DNA of 64,000 nt from assembly GCA_964291675.2 (NCBI GenBank), contig OZ219866.1:3328001-3392000 (forward strand), written 5' to 3'. This document shows positions 49,232 through 64,000 of the stretch, one piece after another. The position numbers were made by a program, and so were the translations under genes. This DNA comes from Alphaproteobacteria bacterium (GTDB taxonomy: Bacteria > Pseudomonadota > Alphaproteobacteria > MPNO01). Every line of letters begins with the position of its first letter. Within the stretch, counting starts at the first letter, position 1. The notes below the pieces were generated by a model, which was not told the origin of the DNA, ran no database searches, and saw only the letters and a program-made list of their open reading frames with translations.

Positions 49232-50341
49232 CTACCGCTTGTCGGCGAACCAGCTCCCCAGGAACACGCCCTGGCCGCCGTCGGCCTCGGTCCATTCGGC
49301 GCCGGCGGTGCCGGCGGCGAGGCGCGGGTCGCCGGCGGCGTCGGCGACGGTGGAGAAGCGCCCGCCCCAGGCGCCGCCGCTGTCAGCGATGTCGCGCCCC
49401 GCGATCGCCACCGTCACGCCGTCGTCGCGGAACGTGCCGTCCGCGCCGATCGGGGCGGGGCTGAGCGCGATGTTGGCGGGGATCGTCGCGGGCCCGATCG
49501 CGACCTCTTCCGCCGCCGACGCGGCGTCGTCCGCCAGGACCATTATGCCGCCCGTACAGCCGATGCAGCCCGCGACGGTGCCGGCGTCGAAATCTGCGGT
49601 GAGCCGCGCCATGGCCCAGAACAGCCCGGCCTCGGCGGGCCCGCCGTCATGGCCATGGGCGTAGAGACCGCTCGCCCCGCCCTCGTAAGTCGCCGTGCCG
49701 CCGCTCGGCAAGGTGGGCGTTCCGCGCAAATCGGGGCCGTCGACGAAGCTGCCGACCCCCGCCACCGCCAGGCCGGAAAGCGCCTCCGCGTCCAGATCGA
49801 ATTCGAGGGAGGCCCAGGACCCCCAGGTCAGGAAATCGCCGGGATCGCCGTCCTTCCAGCGCGTCTGCACGAACCCGACGGCGATGCCCGGGTTGGCGCC
49901 CATGTCCGCGTCCGGCGGGTCCACGAGCGTGTCGAAGCGCTGCGCGTACCCGCCCGTGGCGGGGGTTATGTCCGGAGGTCCGCTCTCCTCCTCCGCCGAG
50001 TCCAGGATCAGGGTGCCGCGTCCCGGGCGGTCCACCGTCACCCGGATGTCGTGGCCGTCGAACGACGCCGAGGCGCTGTCGGCGGTGACGCGGACCGCGC
50101 CGTCGAGCGTGAAGTTGGACGATTGCGTGACGCTGCCGAAATTGGGGAGCGCCGTCGCGGCCATCGCGGCCTCGGCCCGCTGCCCGCCCGGATCGTCGGA
50201 GAGTGCGCCGGCAGTCGACGGCGGCGGCGATTCCGGCATGGGGGCGATGCCGCCGACATCGCCGTCGCCGCCCCCGCAGGCGGGCAGGAGCAGCAGGGAG
50301 GCGAGGGCGGCCAGCGCCCCCGGGGATGTCGCGGACTTCAT
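49232..50341 (-). CDS. Surface lipoprotein with C-terminal TbpB/HpuA-like beta-barrel
   Basis: Lipobox [56 protein letters not shown]. Confidence 0.75.
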   Translation of the reverse strand: MKSATSPGALAALASLLLLPACGGGDGDVGGIAPMPESPPPSTAGALSDDPGGQRAEAAMAATALPNFGSVTQSSNFTLDGAVRVTADSASASFDGHDIRVTVDRPGRGTLILDSAEEESGPPDITPATGGYAQRFDTLVDPPDADMGANPGIAVGFVQTRWKDGDPGDFLTWGSWASLEFDLDAEALSGLAVAGVGSFVDGPDLRGTPTLPSGGTATYEGGASGLYAHGHDGGPAEAGLFWAMARLTADFDAGTVAGCIGCTGGIMVLADDAASAAEEVAIGPATIPANIALSPAPIGADGTFRDDGVTVAIAGRDIADSGGAWGGRFSTVADAAGDPRLAAGTAGAEWTEADGGQGVFLGSWFADKR

Positions 50342-50542
50342 GGCGTTCCCCTCTCTCGGCGGTCCGGGCGCGGCCGGATCCATTATCGCGCATCGCCCGC
50401 AAGATACAGTGAGCAAGAACGAATCGGTATGGAAACCCGACAACAAATGTCTTGCGGCCGTCCTTCGATACGGCCTTGCCCTCCGCCGGCGCCGCGCATA
50501 CACAGGGTCAGCCCGGGCGACCGCCGCGGGGGAGGGGAAACG

Positions 50543-51286
50543 GTGCCGACGCTGATCCTGGTGCGCCATGGCCAGAGCGACTGGAACCTGCAGAACCGGT
50601 TCACCGGCTGGGTCGATGTCGACCTCGCGCCGGCGGGCGTCGCCGAGGCGCGCGATGCCGGGCGCGCGCTCGCCCGCGAGGGGATCGGCGTCGACCGCGC
50701 CTTCACCTCGGTGCTCAAGCGGGCGATCCGCACGCTCTGGCTGATGCTCGACGAGATGGACCAGATGTGGGTGCCGGTCGAGCGCTCGTGGCGGCTGAAC
50801 GAACGCCATTACGGCGCGCTCCAGGGGCTCGACAAGGCCGAGACCGCGGCGCGGCACGGCGCCGCGCAGGTAAAGATCTGGCGCCGCAGCTTCGCCACCC
50901 CGCCGCCGGCGCTGGACGCGGCCGACCCGGGCCATCCGCGCTTCGAGCGGCGCTATGGCGGGCTGTCCGCGGCCGAGCTGCCGTCGGGCGAGAGCCTGGA
51001 GATGACGCTGGCCCGCGTGCTGCCGTATTGGCGCCAGGCGATCGGCCCGTCGCTCGCGCGCGGCGAGACCGTGCTGGTCGCCGCCCACGGCAACAGCCTG
51101 CGCGCGCTGGCGATGTATCTCGACGGGATGAGCGAGTCCGAGGTGCTCGAGCTCAACATCCCGACCGGGCTGCCGCTGGTCTACGACCTGGCCGAAGACC
51201 TCGCGCCGCGCTCGCGCCGCTACCTCGCCGACGCGGCGGCGGTCGAGGCGGCGGCGCGGGCGGTCGCCGACCAGGCCGGGGGGTAG
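50543..51286 (+). CDS. gpmA: 2,3-bisphosphoglycerate-dependent phosphoglycerate mutase
   Basis: [47 protein letters not shown]. Confidence 0.96.
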   Translation: MPTLILVRHGQSDWNLQNRFTGWVDVDLAPAGVAEARDAGRALAREGIGVDRAFTSVLKRAIRTLWLMLDEMDQMWVPVERSWRLNERHYGALQGLDKAETAARHGAAQVKIWRRSFATPPPALDAADPGHPRFERRYGGLSAAELPSGESLEMTLARVLPYWRQAIGPSLARGETVLVAAHGNSLRALAMYLDGMSESEVLELNIPTGLPLVYDLAEDLAPRSRRYLADAAAVEAAARAVADQAGG

Positions 51287-51375
51287 GGGCGGCGGCGAGG
51301 ATGGCCGGATCGCCCCCGGACTCGATCCGGGGGCCGGCCATCCACTGCGCGCCGTGCGGGCGGAAGCGTCCGAAC

Positions 51376-52419
51376 CTACTCCGGCCGGCCTTGAATCATG
51401 CGGAACAGCGGCAGGGTGACCAGGGCGATCAGCACGATCCGGGCGATGTGGTAGGCGGTCACCAGCGGCACGCCGAGGCCGAGGATCTCGGCGGTGATGC
51501 TCATCTCGGCGAGCCCGCCGGGGCAGGTCGCGGCCACCAGGGTGGCGAGCGGCACGCCCGAGGCGGCGCTTATGCCCCAGGCCAGCGCGACGCTGGCGGC
51601 CAGCAATATCGCCGTCGACAGCGCGGCGCCGACGATGACCCGGGGCGCGCGGCGCATCGGCTCGCGCTCGAAGCGCTCGCCGAGCGCGGCGCCGACCAGG
51701 AGCTGGCCCAGCACCAGGAACACGTCGGGCATGCCGGAGAGCTCGATTTCGCCCACCGTCAGCCCGGCGGCGAGGAAGCAGGCGCCCAGCATCCAGGCGT
51801 TGGTCACGCCGAGCCGGGCGAGCAGGAAGGACGCGCCGGCCGAGCCCGCGAGCAGCAGCGGCAGCAGCGACCAGTCGACCGGGATCGTCCGCAGCCCGAG
51901 GAACGACTCCCCCGTGGCGCCGAGCCAGGCGAGCCCGACCGGCACGGTGACCACGACGATGCCGACGCGCACCGTCTGCGACAGCGCGGTGGCCACCGGC
52001 TCGGCCCGGAAGCGGTCGCCGATGACGATCATCTCCGCCATGCCGCCCGGCACGCTGCCGAAATAGGCGGTCGCGGCGTCGAGCCGGGCGATGCGCATCT
52101 GGATCAGCGCGCCCACCCCGCCGAGCAGCACCGCGGCGATCGCGGCCAGCGCCATCCAGTGCAGCTGGCCCGCCACGACCGCGGCGACCTCGGGGGTGAA
52201 GCGGAGCCCGATCGCGGTGCCGATGACGATCTGGCCGAGCTGGCGGGTGCCGTTCGGACAGGCGATGCGGAAGCCCGCGAGGTTGATCCCGGCGACGCAG
52301 GCGAGCGGGCCCAGCAGCCACGGGATCGGCGTGCCGAGCGCCTGGAACACGAACCCGCCCAGCGCCGCCGCGCCGAGCGCGAGGCAGTTGAGGGCGATCG
52401 GGCGGAGCGCGGGAACCAT
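51376..52419 (-). CDS. AbrB family membrane protein (duplicated domain)
   Basis: PIPWLLGP, GQIVIGTAIG, PGGMAEM and PGGLAEM repeats, about 10 TM helices. Confidence 0.9.
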   Translation of the reverse strand: MVPALRPIALNCLALGAAALGGFVFQALGTPIPWLLGPLACVAGINLAGFRIACPNGTRQLGQIVIGTAIGLRFTPEVAAVVAGQLHWMALAAIAAVLLGGVGALIQMRIARLDAATAYFGSVPGGMAEMIVIGDRFRAEPVATALSQTVRVGIVVVTVPVGLAWLGATGESFLGLRTIPVDWSLLPLLLAGSAGASFLLARLGVTNAWMLGACFLAAGLTVGEIELSGMPDVFLVLGQLLVGAALGERFEREPMRRAPRVIVGAALSTAILLAASVALAWGISAASGVPLATLVAATCPGGLAEMSITAEILGLGVPLVTAYHIARIVLIALVTLPLFRMIQGRPE

Positions 52420-52541
52420 GCGGGGCCGGTCTTGTCGGGCGGCGGCGGCGGGCGGAAAATAGCCGCATCACCCGGCGGGCGCGACCCGACCGCCCGCGCG
52501 GCACGGCTTCGATCCGAATAGACGAGAGGAAATAACATCTT

Positions 52542-53303
<762 letters not shown>

Positions 53304-53612
53304 GGGTCCCTCGATACGGCGCTGGCGCGCCTACTCGGGATGAGGCCCTTCGATACGGCCCCTGCGGGGCCTACTCAGGATGAGGCCCTTCGATACGGCC
53401 CCTGCGGGGCCTACTCAGGATGAGGCTCTTCGATACGGCCCCTGCGGGGCCTACTCAGGATGAGGCCCTTCGATACGGCCCCTGCGGGGCCTACTCAGGA
53501 TGAGGCCCTTCGATACGGCCCCTGCGGGGCCTACTCAGGATGAGGAAAGAGCCTTGCCCCCACCCCCACCCCTCATCCTGAGTAGCCCGCCGCAGGCGGG
53601 CGTATCGAAGGA
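53304..53612. repeat. Tandem array of 40-bp family B REP units (5 near-perfect + 1 degenerate) plus an inverted copy
   Basis: TGAGGCCCTTCGATACGGCCCCTGCGGGGCCTACTCAGGA repeated from 53341 to 53540 with no spacers. Confidence 0.95.
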
Positions 53613-53776
53613 CCGCCTGCGACAATTCGCCGCGGCGGCGGGGCCGGGCCGCGCCGGGCGGAACGCCGCGCGGCGCCCGGATTCGCCGCCCGCGACGGGG
53701 CGCGGCCCATTGTCAATGGACGCTGCGCGGTCTCTCGGCTAGACTCGCGGCGGCGCCGAGTGTCGACGAGGTCCCG

Positions 53777-55042
<1,266 letters not shown>

Positions 55043-55051
55043 TCGGGGGGC

Positions 55052-55240
55052 CGTCCTTCGATACGCCCCCTGCGGGGGCTACTCAGGATGAGGGTGGTTG
55101 TTGGCCGTCCATAACCCACCCTCATCCTGAGTAGCGGCGAAGCCGCGTATCGAAGGACGCCCGCTCAGGATGGTGGGCGGGTCCGCCAAGGCCCTTCCCT
55201 CATCCCGAGTAGGCGCCGCAGGCGCCGTATCGAGGGACCG
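55052..55240. repeat. Family B REP cluster between clpX and lon
   Basis: One forward and two inverted copies. Confidence 0.9.
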
Positions 55241-55273
55241 CCGAAGGGGCCGCGAGATCCCGAGTCGCCGGGG

Positions 55274-55300
55274 TTGAAGTTTCCGGCTATTTGTCCATGT
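55274..55300 (+). promoter_or_regulatory. Putative RpoH (sigma32) promoter of lon
   Basis: TTGAA-16 nt-CCATGT upstream of a heat-shock protease gene. Confidence 0.5.
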
Positions 55301-55366
55301 TACAATCCTGCCTCGACGGCCTGCCGCCACCCGCGGCGGGCCCGTTCAACGGTTCCGGATCGCGCC

Positions 55367-57769
<2,403 letters not shown>

Positions 57770-57977
57770 CCGCCCCGCCGGGGTGATTCGGCAAAACCCC
57801 GGAATTTCCACGGAAATCCGCCGTATTCCCGATTGACGCTCGAATTTTGGGCGCACTACACTCCATGGTCGGGCGCGCCCGGTTTGACATGGCGCGTGTG
57901 TGGTTGACGGCTTGGTTGACGCGCTTCCAAGCCATTCTTTTTGCTTTTTTTTAATGTCATCATGAAGGAGGCGTGAG

Positions 57978-58250
57978 GTGAACAAGAGCGATCTCGTCCA
58001 GTCGGTGGCCGACAGTTCCGGGCTCTCCAGGGCGGATTCCGCGAAGGCGGTCGATGCGGTGTTCGACTGCATCACGGCGTCGCTCCAGGACGGCGGCGAC
58101 GTTCGAGTGGTCGGGTTCGGGACGTTCAGCGTGTCCCGGCGCGCGGCCTCCACCGGCCGCAACCCGCAGACCGGCGAAACCATCCAGATTGCGGCCTCCA
58201 ACCAGCCCAAGTTCAAGGCCGGCAAGGCCCTCAAGGACGCGCTCAACTAG
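57978..58250 (+). CDS. hupB: DNA-binding protein HU
   Basis: MNKSDL, GFGTF, GRNPQTG, PKFKAGKALKD. Confidence 0.96.
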   Translation: MNKSDLVQSVADSSGLSRADSAKAVDAVFDCITASLQDGGDVRVVGFGTFSVSRRAASTGRNPQTGETIQIAASNQPKFKAGKALKDALN

Positions 58251-58305
58251 GTCCGGGCGGGCCGCGTTGACCCGGAAGCCGGACCCGCGCTAGGGTCCGG
58301 CGCCC

Positions 58306-58381
58306 GGGCGGTTAGCTCAGCCGGTAGAGCGCCACGTTTACACCGTGGAAGTCGGCGGTTCGATCCCGTCACCGCCCACCA
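58306..58381 (+). tRNA. tRNA-Val (anticodon TAC)
   Basis: GGGCGGT stem, CCACG-TTTACAC-CGTGG, GGTTCGATCC, CCA. Confidence 0.95.
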
Positions 58382-58456
58382 TCACCCCGAATTCCCCGCC
58401 GCGCCGCGCGGTTGTTGACACCGCCGCCCCCGGCGTTCTACATCGTCGCCGGCGCC

Positions 58457-58533
58457 GGGGGTGTAGCTCAGATGGTTAGAGCGCTGGCCTGTCACGCCAG
58501 AGGCCGCGGGTTCGAGTCCCGTCACTCCCGCCA
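58457..58533 (+). tRNA. tRNA-Asp (anticodon GTC)
   Basis: GGGGGTG/CACTCCC stem, CTGGC-CTGTCAC-GCCAG, GGTTCGAGTCC, CCA. Confidence 0.95.
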
Positions 58534-58683
58534 CTTCTCCCGGCCCGTCCACCGCCACCCCGTCATGGCCGGGCTTGCCCCGGATCACGGTCCGGGGGCG
58601 ATCCGGCCATCCATGCGGCCTCGCCGTCCGCACGGCGGAGGGGCGGGAGGGGGCGACGGCACGGCGGCTTCCGGGCCGGAACG

Positions 58684-59490
58684 CTACCCCCGCCGCCGTC
58701 CCAGGAAGCCGGTGCGGATCGCCTTCATCCGGGCGGCGGCCGCGGCGTCGAACTCTTTCTCGGTGCGCGGCTCGGGCGCCCAGTGGCCGTAGCGGTCGGC
58801 GTCGCGCACCAGCGCCGCCGTCGGGCGCTCGGCGTAGCGGGTCTGGCGCGCACGGGTCGGGCAGTAGTGGATCGAGAGCCCGATGCGCCGGTAATCCGCC
58901 CGGTTGGGCTCGGACGAATGCACCGTGCATTCGTGGTGGAGCGAGAACTGCCCGGCCGCCAGCGGCATGGCGACCGCCCGCGCCTCGTCCACGTCCCGCG
59001 TGGTCTGGCCCCTGGACAGCAGGTTGGCGGGATCGGGCGTCTCGTCGAACGCGGTGTCGGCGAGATGGCTCCCCGGGATGCAGCGGATGCAGCCCGAGTC
59101 CCGGTCCGACGGCGTGAAGGCGACCCAGGCGGTGACCGTCTCGCGCGGCTCGATGCCGTAATAGTAGGTGTCGCAGTGCCACGACACGTAGGCAGGGTCG
59201 CGCGCCTCCTTGACGAAGAAGCTGGAGCCCCAGCACAGGATGTCGGGGCCGATCAGATCCTCCACCGCGTCGAGGATGCGCGGATGGCGGACGATGTCGC
59301 TGAACCGGCGGAACGGGAGGTGCGACTTGTGGGCCAGCGTCGCCATGGCGCGCTCGCCGGTGTCGCGCTCGTAGCGCTCCAGGCAGTCGACCGCCGCGCG
59401 CGCCTGCTCCGCCGTCAACGCGTCGATCGGGAACACGAACCCGTCGCGGCGGAACCCCGCCACCCGGTCCTCGGAGAGGCTTTTCGGCAC
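58684..59490 (-). CDS. PhyH family Fe(II)/2-oxoglutarate dioxygenase
   Basis: FRRDGFVFP, ILDAVEDLIGPDIL, WHCD, GCIRCIPGSH, VHSS, RRIG. Confidence 0.9.
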   Translation of the reverse strand: MPKSLSEDRVAGFRRDGFVFPIDALTAEQARAAVDCLERYERDTGERAMATLAHKSHLPFRRFSDIVRHPRILDAVEDLIGPDILCWGSSFFVKEARDPAYVSWHCDTYYYGIEPRETVTAWVAFTPSDRDSGCIRCIPGSHLADTAFDETPDPANLLSRGQTTRDVDEARAVAMPLAAGQFSLHHECTVHSSEPNRADYRRIGLSIHYCPTRARQTRYAERPTAALVRDADRYGHWAPEPRTEKEFDAAAAARMKAIRTGFLGRRRG

Positions 59491-59676
59491 CGGCCGAGGG
59501 TAGGGGGCGGCTGATCGGCGGTCAACGCGGGCGCCCCTTCGTCATATCGACCGAACCCCGCACTCGATCCGGGGCGGAGCCGTGCCCAGCACGGCGGCGC
59601 GTCGCGCGCGGACGGGCGCTGGACAGGGCGCGGCCTTCGCCGCCACACTCGCGCGGCAACCGGGGGAGGACGAGAG

Positions 59677-60726
59677 ATGGCCGAATCGCCGACCGGGCTT
59701 GCCGCGCACATGGTCGGCAGCCTGCCGCTCGACGACGCGGAGACCGCGTTCCGCACGCTGGGGCAGGCGCTGGGGCCGCATCTGCGCTGCCTGCCGGACG
59801 GCGAGACCGGGCGGCGGCGGCGCTGGATCAGCTTCGTCAACGACATGCTCAAGGCCCATCCCGACCTGGAGGTCGATCCCGACGTGCCGGTCCTCGAGTT
59901 CCGCCAGTGGGACGGCAGGCTGGTCTATTCGGTCGAGCGCCTGCGCGTCCGCGCAGGCGTGGATGCGGCGCGCCTCGGCTTCGCCACCGGCTATGCCGAG
60001 GACGCGATCCGCAACCACGCGGTCTTCGCCAGGCTCAAGGGCGAGGGCGCGGTGCCGGACGGGGCGAAGTACCAGATCTGCATGGCGACGCCGCTGGCGA
60101 TCGCCTACAACTTCATCTCGCCCAACGCCTACGACGATTTCATCCCCCCCTACACCGCCCATCTCCGCGCCGAGCTCGGGCGCATCGCCAACGCCCTGCC
60201 GCATGGCGGGATCGCGTATCAGTGGGACGTCTGCCCCGAGGTGCTGATGTGGGAGGGGTATTACGGGCTGGAGGAAGACCAGCGGGGGCGGATCCTCGCC
60301 TCGCTCGGCGAGATCGGCGACATGGTGCCGGACGGCGTCGATCTCGGCTATCACCTGTGCTACGGCAGCCCGCAGGACGAGCACATGGTGCAGCCCGCCG
60401 ATCTCGGGGTCTGCGTCGCCATCGCCAACGGCATCGCCGACAGCGTGTCGCGCGCCATCCGGTACATCCACATGCCGGTGCCCAGGGAGCGCGGCGACGA
60501 GGCGTTCTTCCAGCCGCTCCAGGACCTCGCTCTGGGGCGGGGGACGGCGCTCTATCTCGGGCTGGTGCACGAGGGCGATGCGGTGGGCAACGCGCACAAG
60601 CTCGCCTGCGCGCGCCGCTTCGCCGCCGTCGCCGGCATCGCCGCCGAATGCGGCCTCGGGCGCGGCGACCCGGACTCGCTCGCCGACATCCTGGAGCAGC
60701 ACCGCCTGCTGGCGGCGGCGGGGTAG
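59677..60726 (+). CDS. Cobalamin-independent methionine synthase catalytic-domain-like protein
   Basis: HMVGSLP, PDGETGRR, QWDVCPE, YHLCYG and ECGLG zinc-ligand motifs. Confidence 0.75.
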   Translation: MAESPTGLAAHMVGSLPLDDAETAFRTLGQALGPHLRCLPDGETGRRRRWISFVNDMLKAHPDLEVDPDVPVLEFRQWDGRLVYSVERLRVRAGVDAARLGFATGYAEDAIRNHAVFARLKGEGAVPDGAKYQICMATPLAIAYNFISPNAYDDFIPPYTAHLRAELGRIANALPHGGIAYQWDVCPEVLMWEGYYGLEEDQRGRILASLGEIGDMVPDGVDLGYHLCYGSPQDEHMVQPADLGVCVAIANGIADSVSRAIRYIHMPVPRERGDEAFFQPLQDLALGRGTALYLGLVHEGDAVGNAHKLACARRFAAVAGIAAECGLGRGDPDSLADILEQHRLLAAAG

Positions 60727-61101
60727 GGCGTCCTTCGATACGCGGCTTCGCCGCTACTCAGGATGAGGGTGGGCGGTGCCAGGCCCAGGACCCTCTTCCG
60801 ATCCCGAGCGGGGGCGTCCTTCGATACGCGGCTTCGCCGCTACTCAGGGTGAGGGTGGGCGGTGCCAGGCCCAGGACCCTCTTCCGATCCCGAGCGGGGG
60901 CGTCCTTCGATACGCGGCTTCGCCGCTACTCAGGATGAGGGTGGGCGGTGCCAAGCCCGGGACCCGCTTCCGATCCCGAGCGGGGGTGTCCTTCGATACG
61001 CCCGCCTCCGGCGGGCTACTCAGGATGAGGGATTTCCTTTGAGGCGTACTGACCTCGCCTCATCCTGAGTAGCCCCCGCAGGGGGCGTATCGAAGGACGC
61101 C
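60727..61101. repeat. Three tandem 86-bp units (family B REP + constant linker), a fourth REP and an inverted copy
   Basis: TCCTTCGATACG starts at 60731, 60817, 60903 and 60989; linkers nearly identical. Confidence 0.95.
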
Positions 61102-63396
61102 TCACCCGGCGCCGTTGGACGCCTCGCGGATCGCCTTGAGCACCTTGGGCGGCGACATCGGCTGTTCGCGCAGGCGGATGCCGATGGCGTCGTGGATGGC
61201 GTTCGAGATCGCCGCGATCGGCGGGATGATCGGCACCTCGCCGATGCCGCGCACGCCGTAGGGGTGGTTGGGGTTGGGCACCTCGACGATCTCGGTGCCG
61301 ATGAACGGCACGTCGGAGGCGACCGGCACCCGGTAGTCGAGGAAGCCCGGGTTCTCCAGCCTGCCGTCGGCGTCGTAGATGTACTCCTCGTTCAAGGCCC
61401 AGCCGATCCCCTGTACCGCGCCGCCCTGGAACTGGCCCTCGACATAGGCCGGGTGGATCGCCTTGCCGGTGTCCTGGATCACGGTGTAGCGCAGGATCTT
61501 GACCAGCCCGGTGCGGCGGTCGACCTCGACGTCGACGATATGGGTGCCGAAGCCCGGCCCCGCGCCCTCGGCGGTGATCTCCGCATGCCCCGCGATCGGG
61601 CCGCCGGTGACGCCCGCCTTGCGGGCGATGTCGACGATGGAGAGCGGCTCGAACTCGCCGACATTGGAGCTCGCCGGCCGCGCGTGGCCGTCCTCCCACA
61701 CCACCCCGTCGACCGGCACGTCCCACACCCGGGCGGCGCGCTCGCGCATCGTGTCGATCGCCTTGCGCGCGGCCACGGTCACCGCCATGCCGCTGGCGAA
61801 GGTGCCGCGGCTGCCGGCGGTGACGAAGTTGAAGCCGAGCGCCTGGGTGTCGCCGATCTGCGGGCGCACCTTGTCGACGTCGATGCCGAGCTCCTCGGCC
61901 ACCATCATCGCCATCGCCGCGCGCGACCCGCCGGCCACGTCGATGGTGCCGAGGATGACGGTCACGCTACCGTCCTCGTTGACGTTGAGCGTCGTCGTGG
62001 TCTCCTTGCCGATGTTGAACCAGAACCCGGTGGCGATGCCGCGCCCCTGGTCGGGGCCGAGCTTCTCGTCGAGATGCGGGTGTTCCTGCGCCCGCTTCAG
62101 GGTCTCCTCGTAGCCGATGGGGCCGAAGGTCGGGCCGTAATAGGTCTGCGTGCCCTCGCTGGCGGCGTTCTTCAGGCGCAGCTCGATCGGGTCGATGCCG
62201 AGCTCGCGCGACATCTCGTCCAGAATGCTCTCGACACCGAAGATCGAGATCGGCGCGCCCGGCGCGCGGTAGGCGGCGACCTTGGGCCGGTTCACGGTGA
62301 TGTCGTTGCCCCTGACCTTGACGTTGTCGAGGTCGTAGCGGGTGAACGTGCACATCGCCGCCATCGGCACCGAGGAGCCGGCGAAGGCGCCGGCCTGGAA
62401 GTCGAGCTCGGCCTCGGCGGCGACGATCCGCCCGTCCTTGCGGCAGCCGATCTTGATCCGCGTATGCGCGCCCGAGGTCGGGCCGGTCGAGCGGAACACG
62501 TCCTCCCGGCTCATCGTCATCTTGACCGGCCGGTTCGACTTCCTGGACAGCACGATGGCGAGCGGCTCGAGATAGACGTTGTTCTTGCCGCCGAACCCGC
62601 CGCCGAGCTCGGTCGGGATCACGCGGATCTTGGAGATGTCCATCTGCAAGAGCTTGGCGCATTGCGCGCGGATCACGAAATGGCCCTGGGTGGCGGTGTA
62701 GAGCTCGACCTGGCCGTCCTCGGTGTAGCTCGCGATCGAGGCCTGCGGCTCGATATAGCCCTGGTGCACGGGCTTGGTGTCGAACTCGCGCTCGATCACC
62801 AGATCGGCCTCGGCGAAGCCCTGCTCCACGTCGCCCCTGGCGAAGGCGACCACCTTGGCGAGGTTGGAGGGCTTTTCCGGCGCCGGGTCGAGCCCCACCG
62901 TCATCTGCTCCTCGTGCAGCAGCGGCGCATCGTCGGCCATGGCCTCCACCGGGTCGATGACATGCGGCAGCACCTCGTAATCGACCTCGATCAGCCGCGC
63001 CGCGCGGCGCGCGATCGCCTCCGAGGTGGCGGCGACGGCGGCCACCGGGTGGCCGTCATAGAGCACCTTCTCGCGCGCCATCATGTTGCGGGTCACGTCG
63101 CGGAAATTGACGATCAGCTCGCCCGCGGCGGCGTACTCGACGGGCATCTCCGGGAAGTCCTCGCGCGTGACTACCGCCTTGACGCCCTTGACCGCCTCGG
63201 CCTTGTCGGTGCGGATGGCGAGCACCCGCGCGTGCGCGTGCGGGCTCCTGACCACGCGGCCGTAAAGCTGGCCCGGCAGGTTGATGTCGGCGCCGTAGCG
63301 GGCGCGGCCGGTCACCTTGTCGACCCCGTCCGGGCGGATCGGCCGGGTGCCGACGACCTTGAGATCCTTGTCCTCGTATTTGAGCATCGTCGCCAT
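61102..63396 (-). CDS. Xanthine dehydrogenase family molybdopterin-binding large subunit
   Basis: KVTGRARYGAD, RSPHAHA, LGGGFGGK, AYRAPG, EGQFQGG, RGIGE. Confidence 0.93.
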   Translation of the reverse strand: MATMLKYEDKDLKVVGTRPIRPDGVDKVTGRARYGADINLPGQLYGRVVRSPHAHARVLAIRTDKAEAVKGVKAVVTREDFPEMPVEYAAAGELIVNFRDVTRNMMAREKVLYDGHPVAAVAATSEAIARRAARLIEVDYEVLPHVIDPVEAMADDAPLLHEEQMTVGLDPAPEKPSNLAKVVAFARGDVEQGFAEADLVIEREFDTKPVHQGYIEPQASIASYTEDGQVELYTATQGHFVIRAQCAKLLQMDISKIRVIPTELGGGFGGKNNVYLEPLAIVLSRKSNRPVKMTMSREDVFRSTGPTSGAHTRIKIGCRKDGRIVAAEAELDFQAGAFAGSSVPMAAMCTFTRYDLDNVKVRGNDITVNRPKVAAYRAPGAPISIFGVESILDEMSRELGIDPIELRLKNAASEGTQTYYGPTFGPIGYEETLKRAQEHPHLDEKLGPDQGRGIATGFWFNIGKETTTTLNVNEDGSVTVILGTIDVAGGSRAAMAMMVAEELGIDVDKVRPQIGDTQALGFNFVTAGSRGTFASGMAVTVAARKAIDTMRERAARVWDVPVDGVVWEDGHARPASSNVGEFEPLSIVDIARKAGVTGGPIAGHAEITAEGAGPGFGTHIVDVEVDRRTGLVKILRYTVIQDTGKAIHPAYVEGQFQGGAVQGIGWALNEEYIYDADGRLENPGFLDYRVPVASDVPFIGTEIVEVPNPNHPYGVRGIGEVPIIPPIAAISNAIHDAIGIRLREQPMSPPKVLKAIREASNGAG

Positions 63397-63397
63397 C

Positions 63398-63874
63398 TCA
63401 GACCTCCCTCATCTCGCGGGCGGCGTCGGCCACCGCCTCGACGATCTTGTGATATCCGGTGCAGCGGCAGAGATTGCCGGCGAGCCAGTAGCGGATTTCC
63501 GTCTCGCTCGGGTCGGGGTTGCGCTCCAGCAGCGCCCGCGAGGCGACCAGCAGGCCCGGCGTGCAGATGCCGCATTGCAGCGCCGCGTGTTCGAGGAATT
63601 TTTGCTGCAGCGGGTGCAGCGCCTCGCCGTCGGCCATGCCCTCGATGGTCTCGACCCGCTTGCCCTCGATTTCGACGCCGAGCACCAGGCAGGAGCACAT
63701 CAGCCGGTCGTCGACGGTGACCGAGCAGGCGCCGCAATCGCCGGTGCCGCAGCCCTCCTTGGTGCCGGTCATCACCAGTTCGTCGCGCAGCACCGAGAGC
63801 AGCGTCTGGTCGCTCTCGCACAGAAAATCGACCTCGTCGCCGTTGATCGTCGTCGTCACGTGGTAGCGCGCCAT
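63398..63874 (-). CDS. 2Fe-2S small subunit of the molybdo-flavoenzyme
   Basis: GTKEGCGTGDCGAC, QCGICTPG, GNLCRCTGY. Confidence 0.95.
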   Translation of the reverse strand: MARYHVTTTINGDEVDFLCESDQTLLSVLRDELVMTGTKEGCGTGDCGACSVTVDDRLMCSCLVLGVEIEGKRVETIEGMADGEALHPLQQKFLEHAALQCGICTPGLLVASRALLERNPDPSETEIRYWLAGNLCRCTGYHKIVEAVADAAREMREV

Positions 63875-64000
63875 CAGCTCTGCTCCGCCCGTTGCAGCGC
63901 GATCCGGGCCGCCCGTTCGGCGAGAACGCCGGCGACCTCGATCCTGAATTCTACGGTGCCCCGCTTGTCGTCGATCGGCCGGCAGGCCGCCGAGGCGGCC
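63874..64000 (-). CDS. 3' end of FAD-binding medium subunit (partial)
   Basis: AASAACRPIDDKRGTVEFRIEVAGVLAERAARIALQRAEQS*; TGATG overlap with the small subunit. Confidence 0.85.
   Translation of the reverse strand, partial: AASAACRPIDDKRGTVEFRIEVAGVLAERAARIALQRAEQS

Noticed and set aside
53341-53540. Possible CRISPR array (40-bp palindromic repeats)
   Set aside because: No spacers, no cas genes, and the unit is the dispersed family B REP.
60727-61030. Possible CRISPR array (repeat + about 45-nt spacer)
   Set aside because: Spacers are near-identical to each other, so this is a tandem repeat.
61102-63396. Aerobic CO dehydrogenase CoxL
   Set aside because: Active-site loop reads AYRAPG, not AYxCSFR (form I) or AYRGAGR (form II); substrate unknown.

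Overview
High-GC chromosomal segment of an alphaproteobacterium (Rhodospirillales-like gene content and order; inference). The core backbone comprises a MoxR-DUF58-BatA/DUF4159 cluster, DUF1285-Nudix-CCA enzyme, an OmpR/EnvZ-type pair, serC-serA-hisZ-purA, lrp with an E1/transketolase-like gene, bfd/bfr, tRNA-Leu-tig-clpP, clpX-lon-hup-tRNA-Val-tRNA-Asp and a molybdo-flavoenzyme operon. Intergenic regions are crowded with two palindromic REP-like families, and one complete IS256 element (TIRs plus 8-bp TSD) sits inside a REP. The normally contiguous tig-clpP-clpX operon is split by about 14.6 kb. This insert holds a near-identical second copy of 3'-tig+clpP and two different lower-GC cargos. 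Cargo A is an intact five-gene operon: minimal nucleotidyltransferase, HTH-ImmA/IrrE protease, Zn-finger DUF4186, NMP-kinase-like and cupin. I do not recognise it as a described system, and it is the best candidate for a novel defence or stress module. Cargo B is a decaying GHKL-STAS-membrane effector module plus an RloA-like ATPase whose partner gene is broken into two pieces. A second duplication-with-cargo (lrp plus promoter) places a nuclease-like orphan under a captured promoter. All family assignments come from motif recognition by eye, not database searches.
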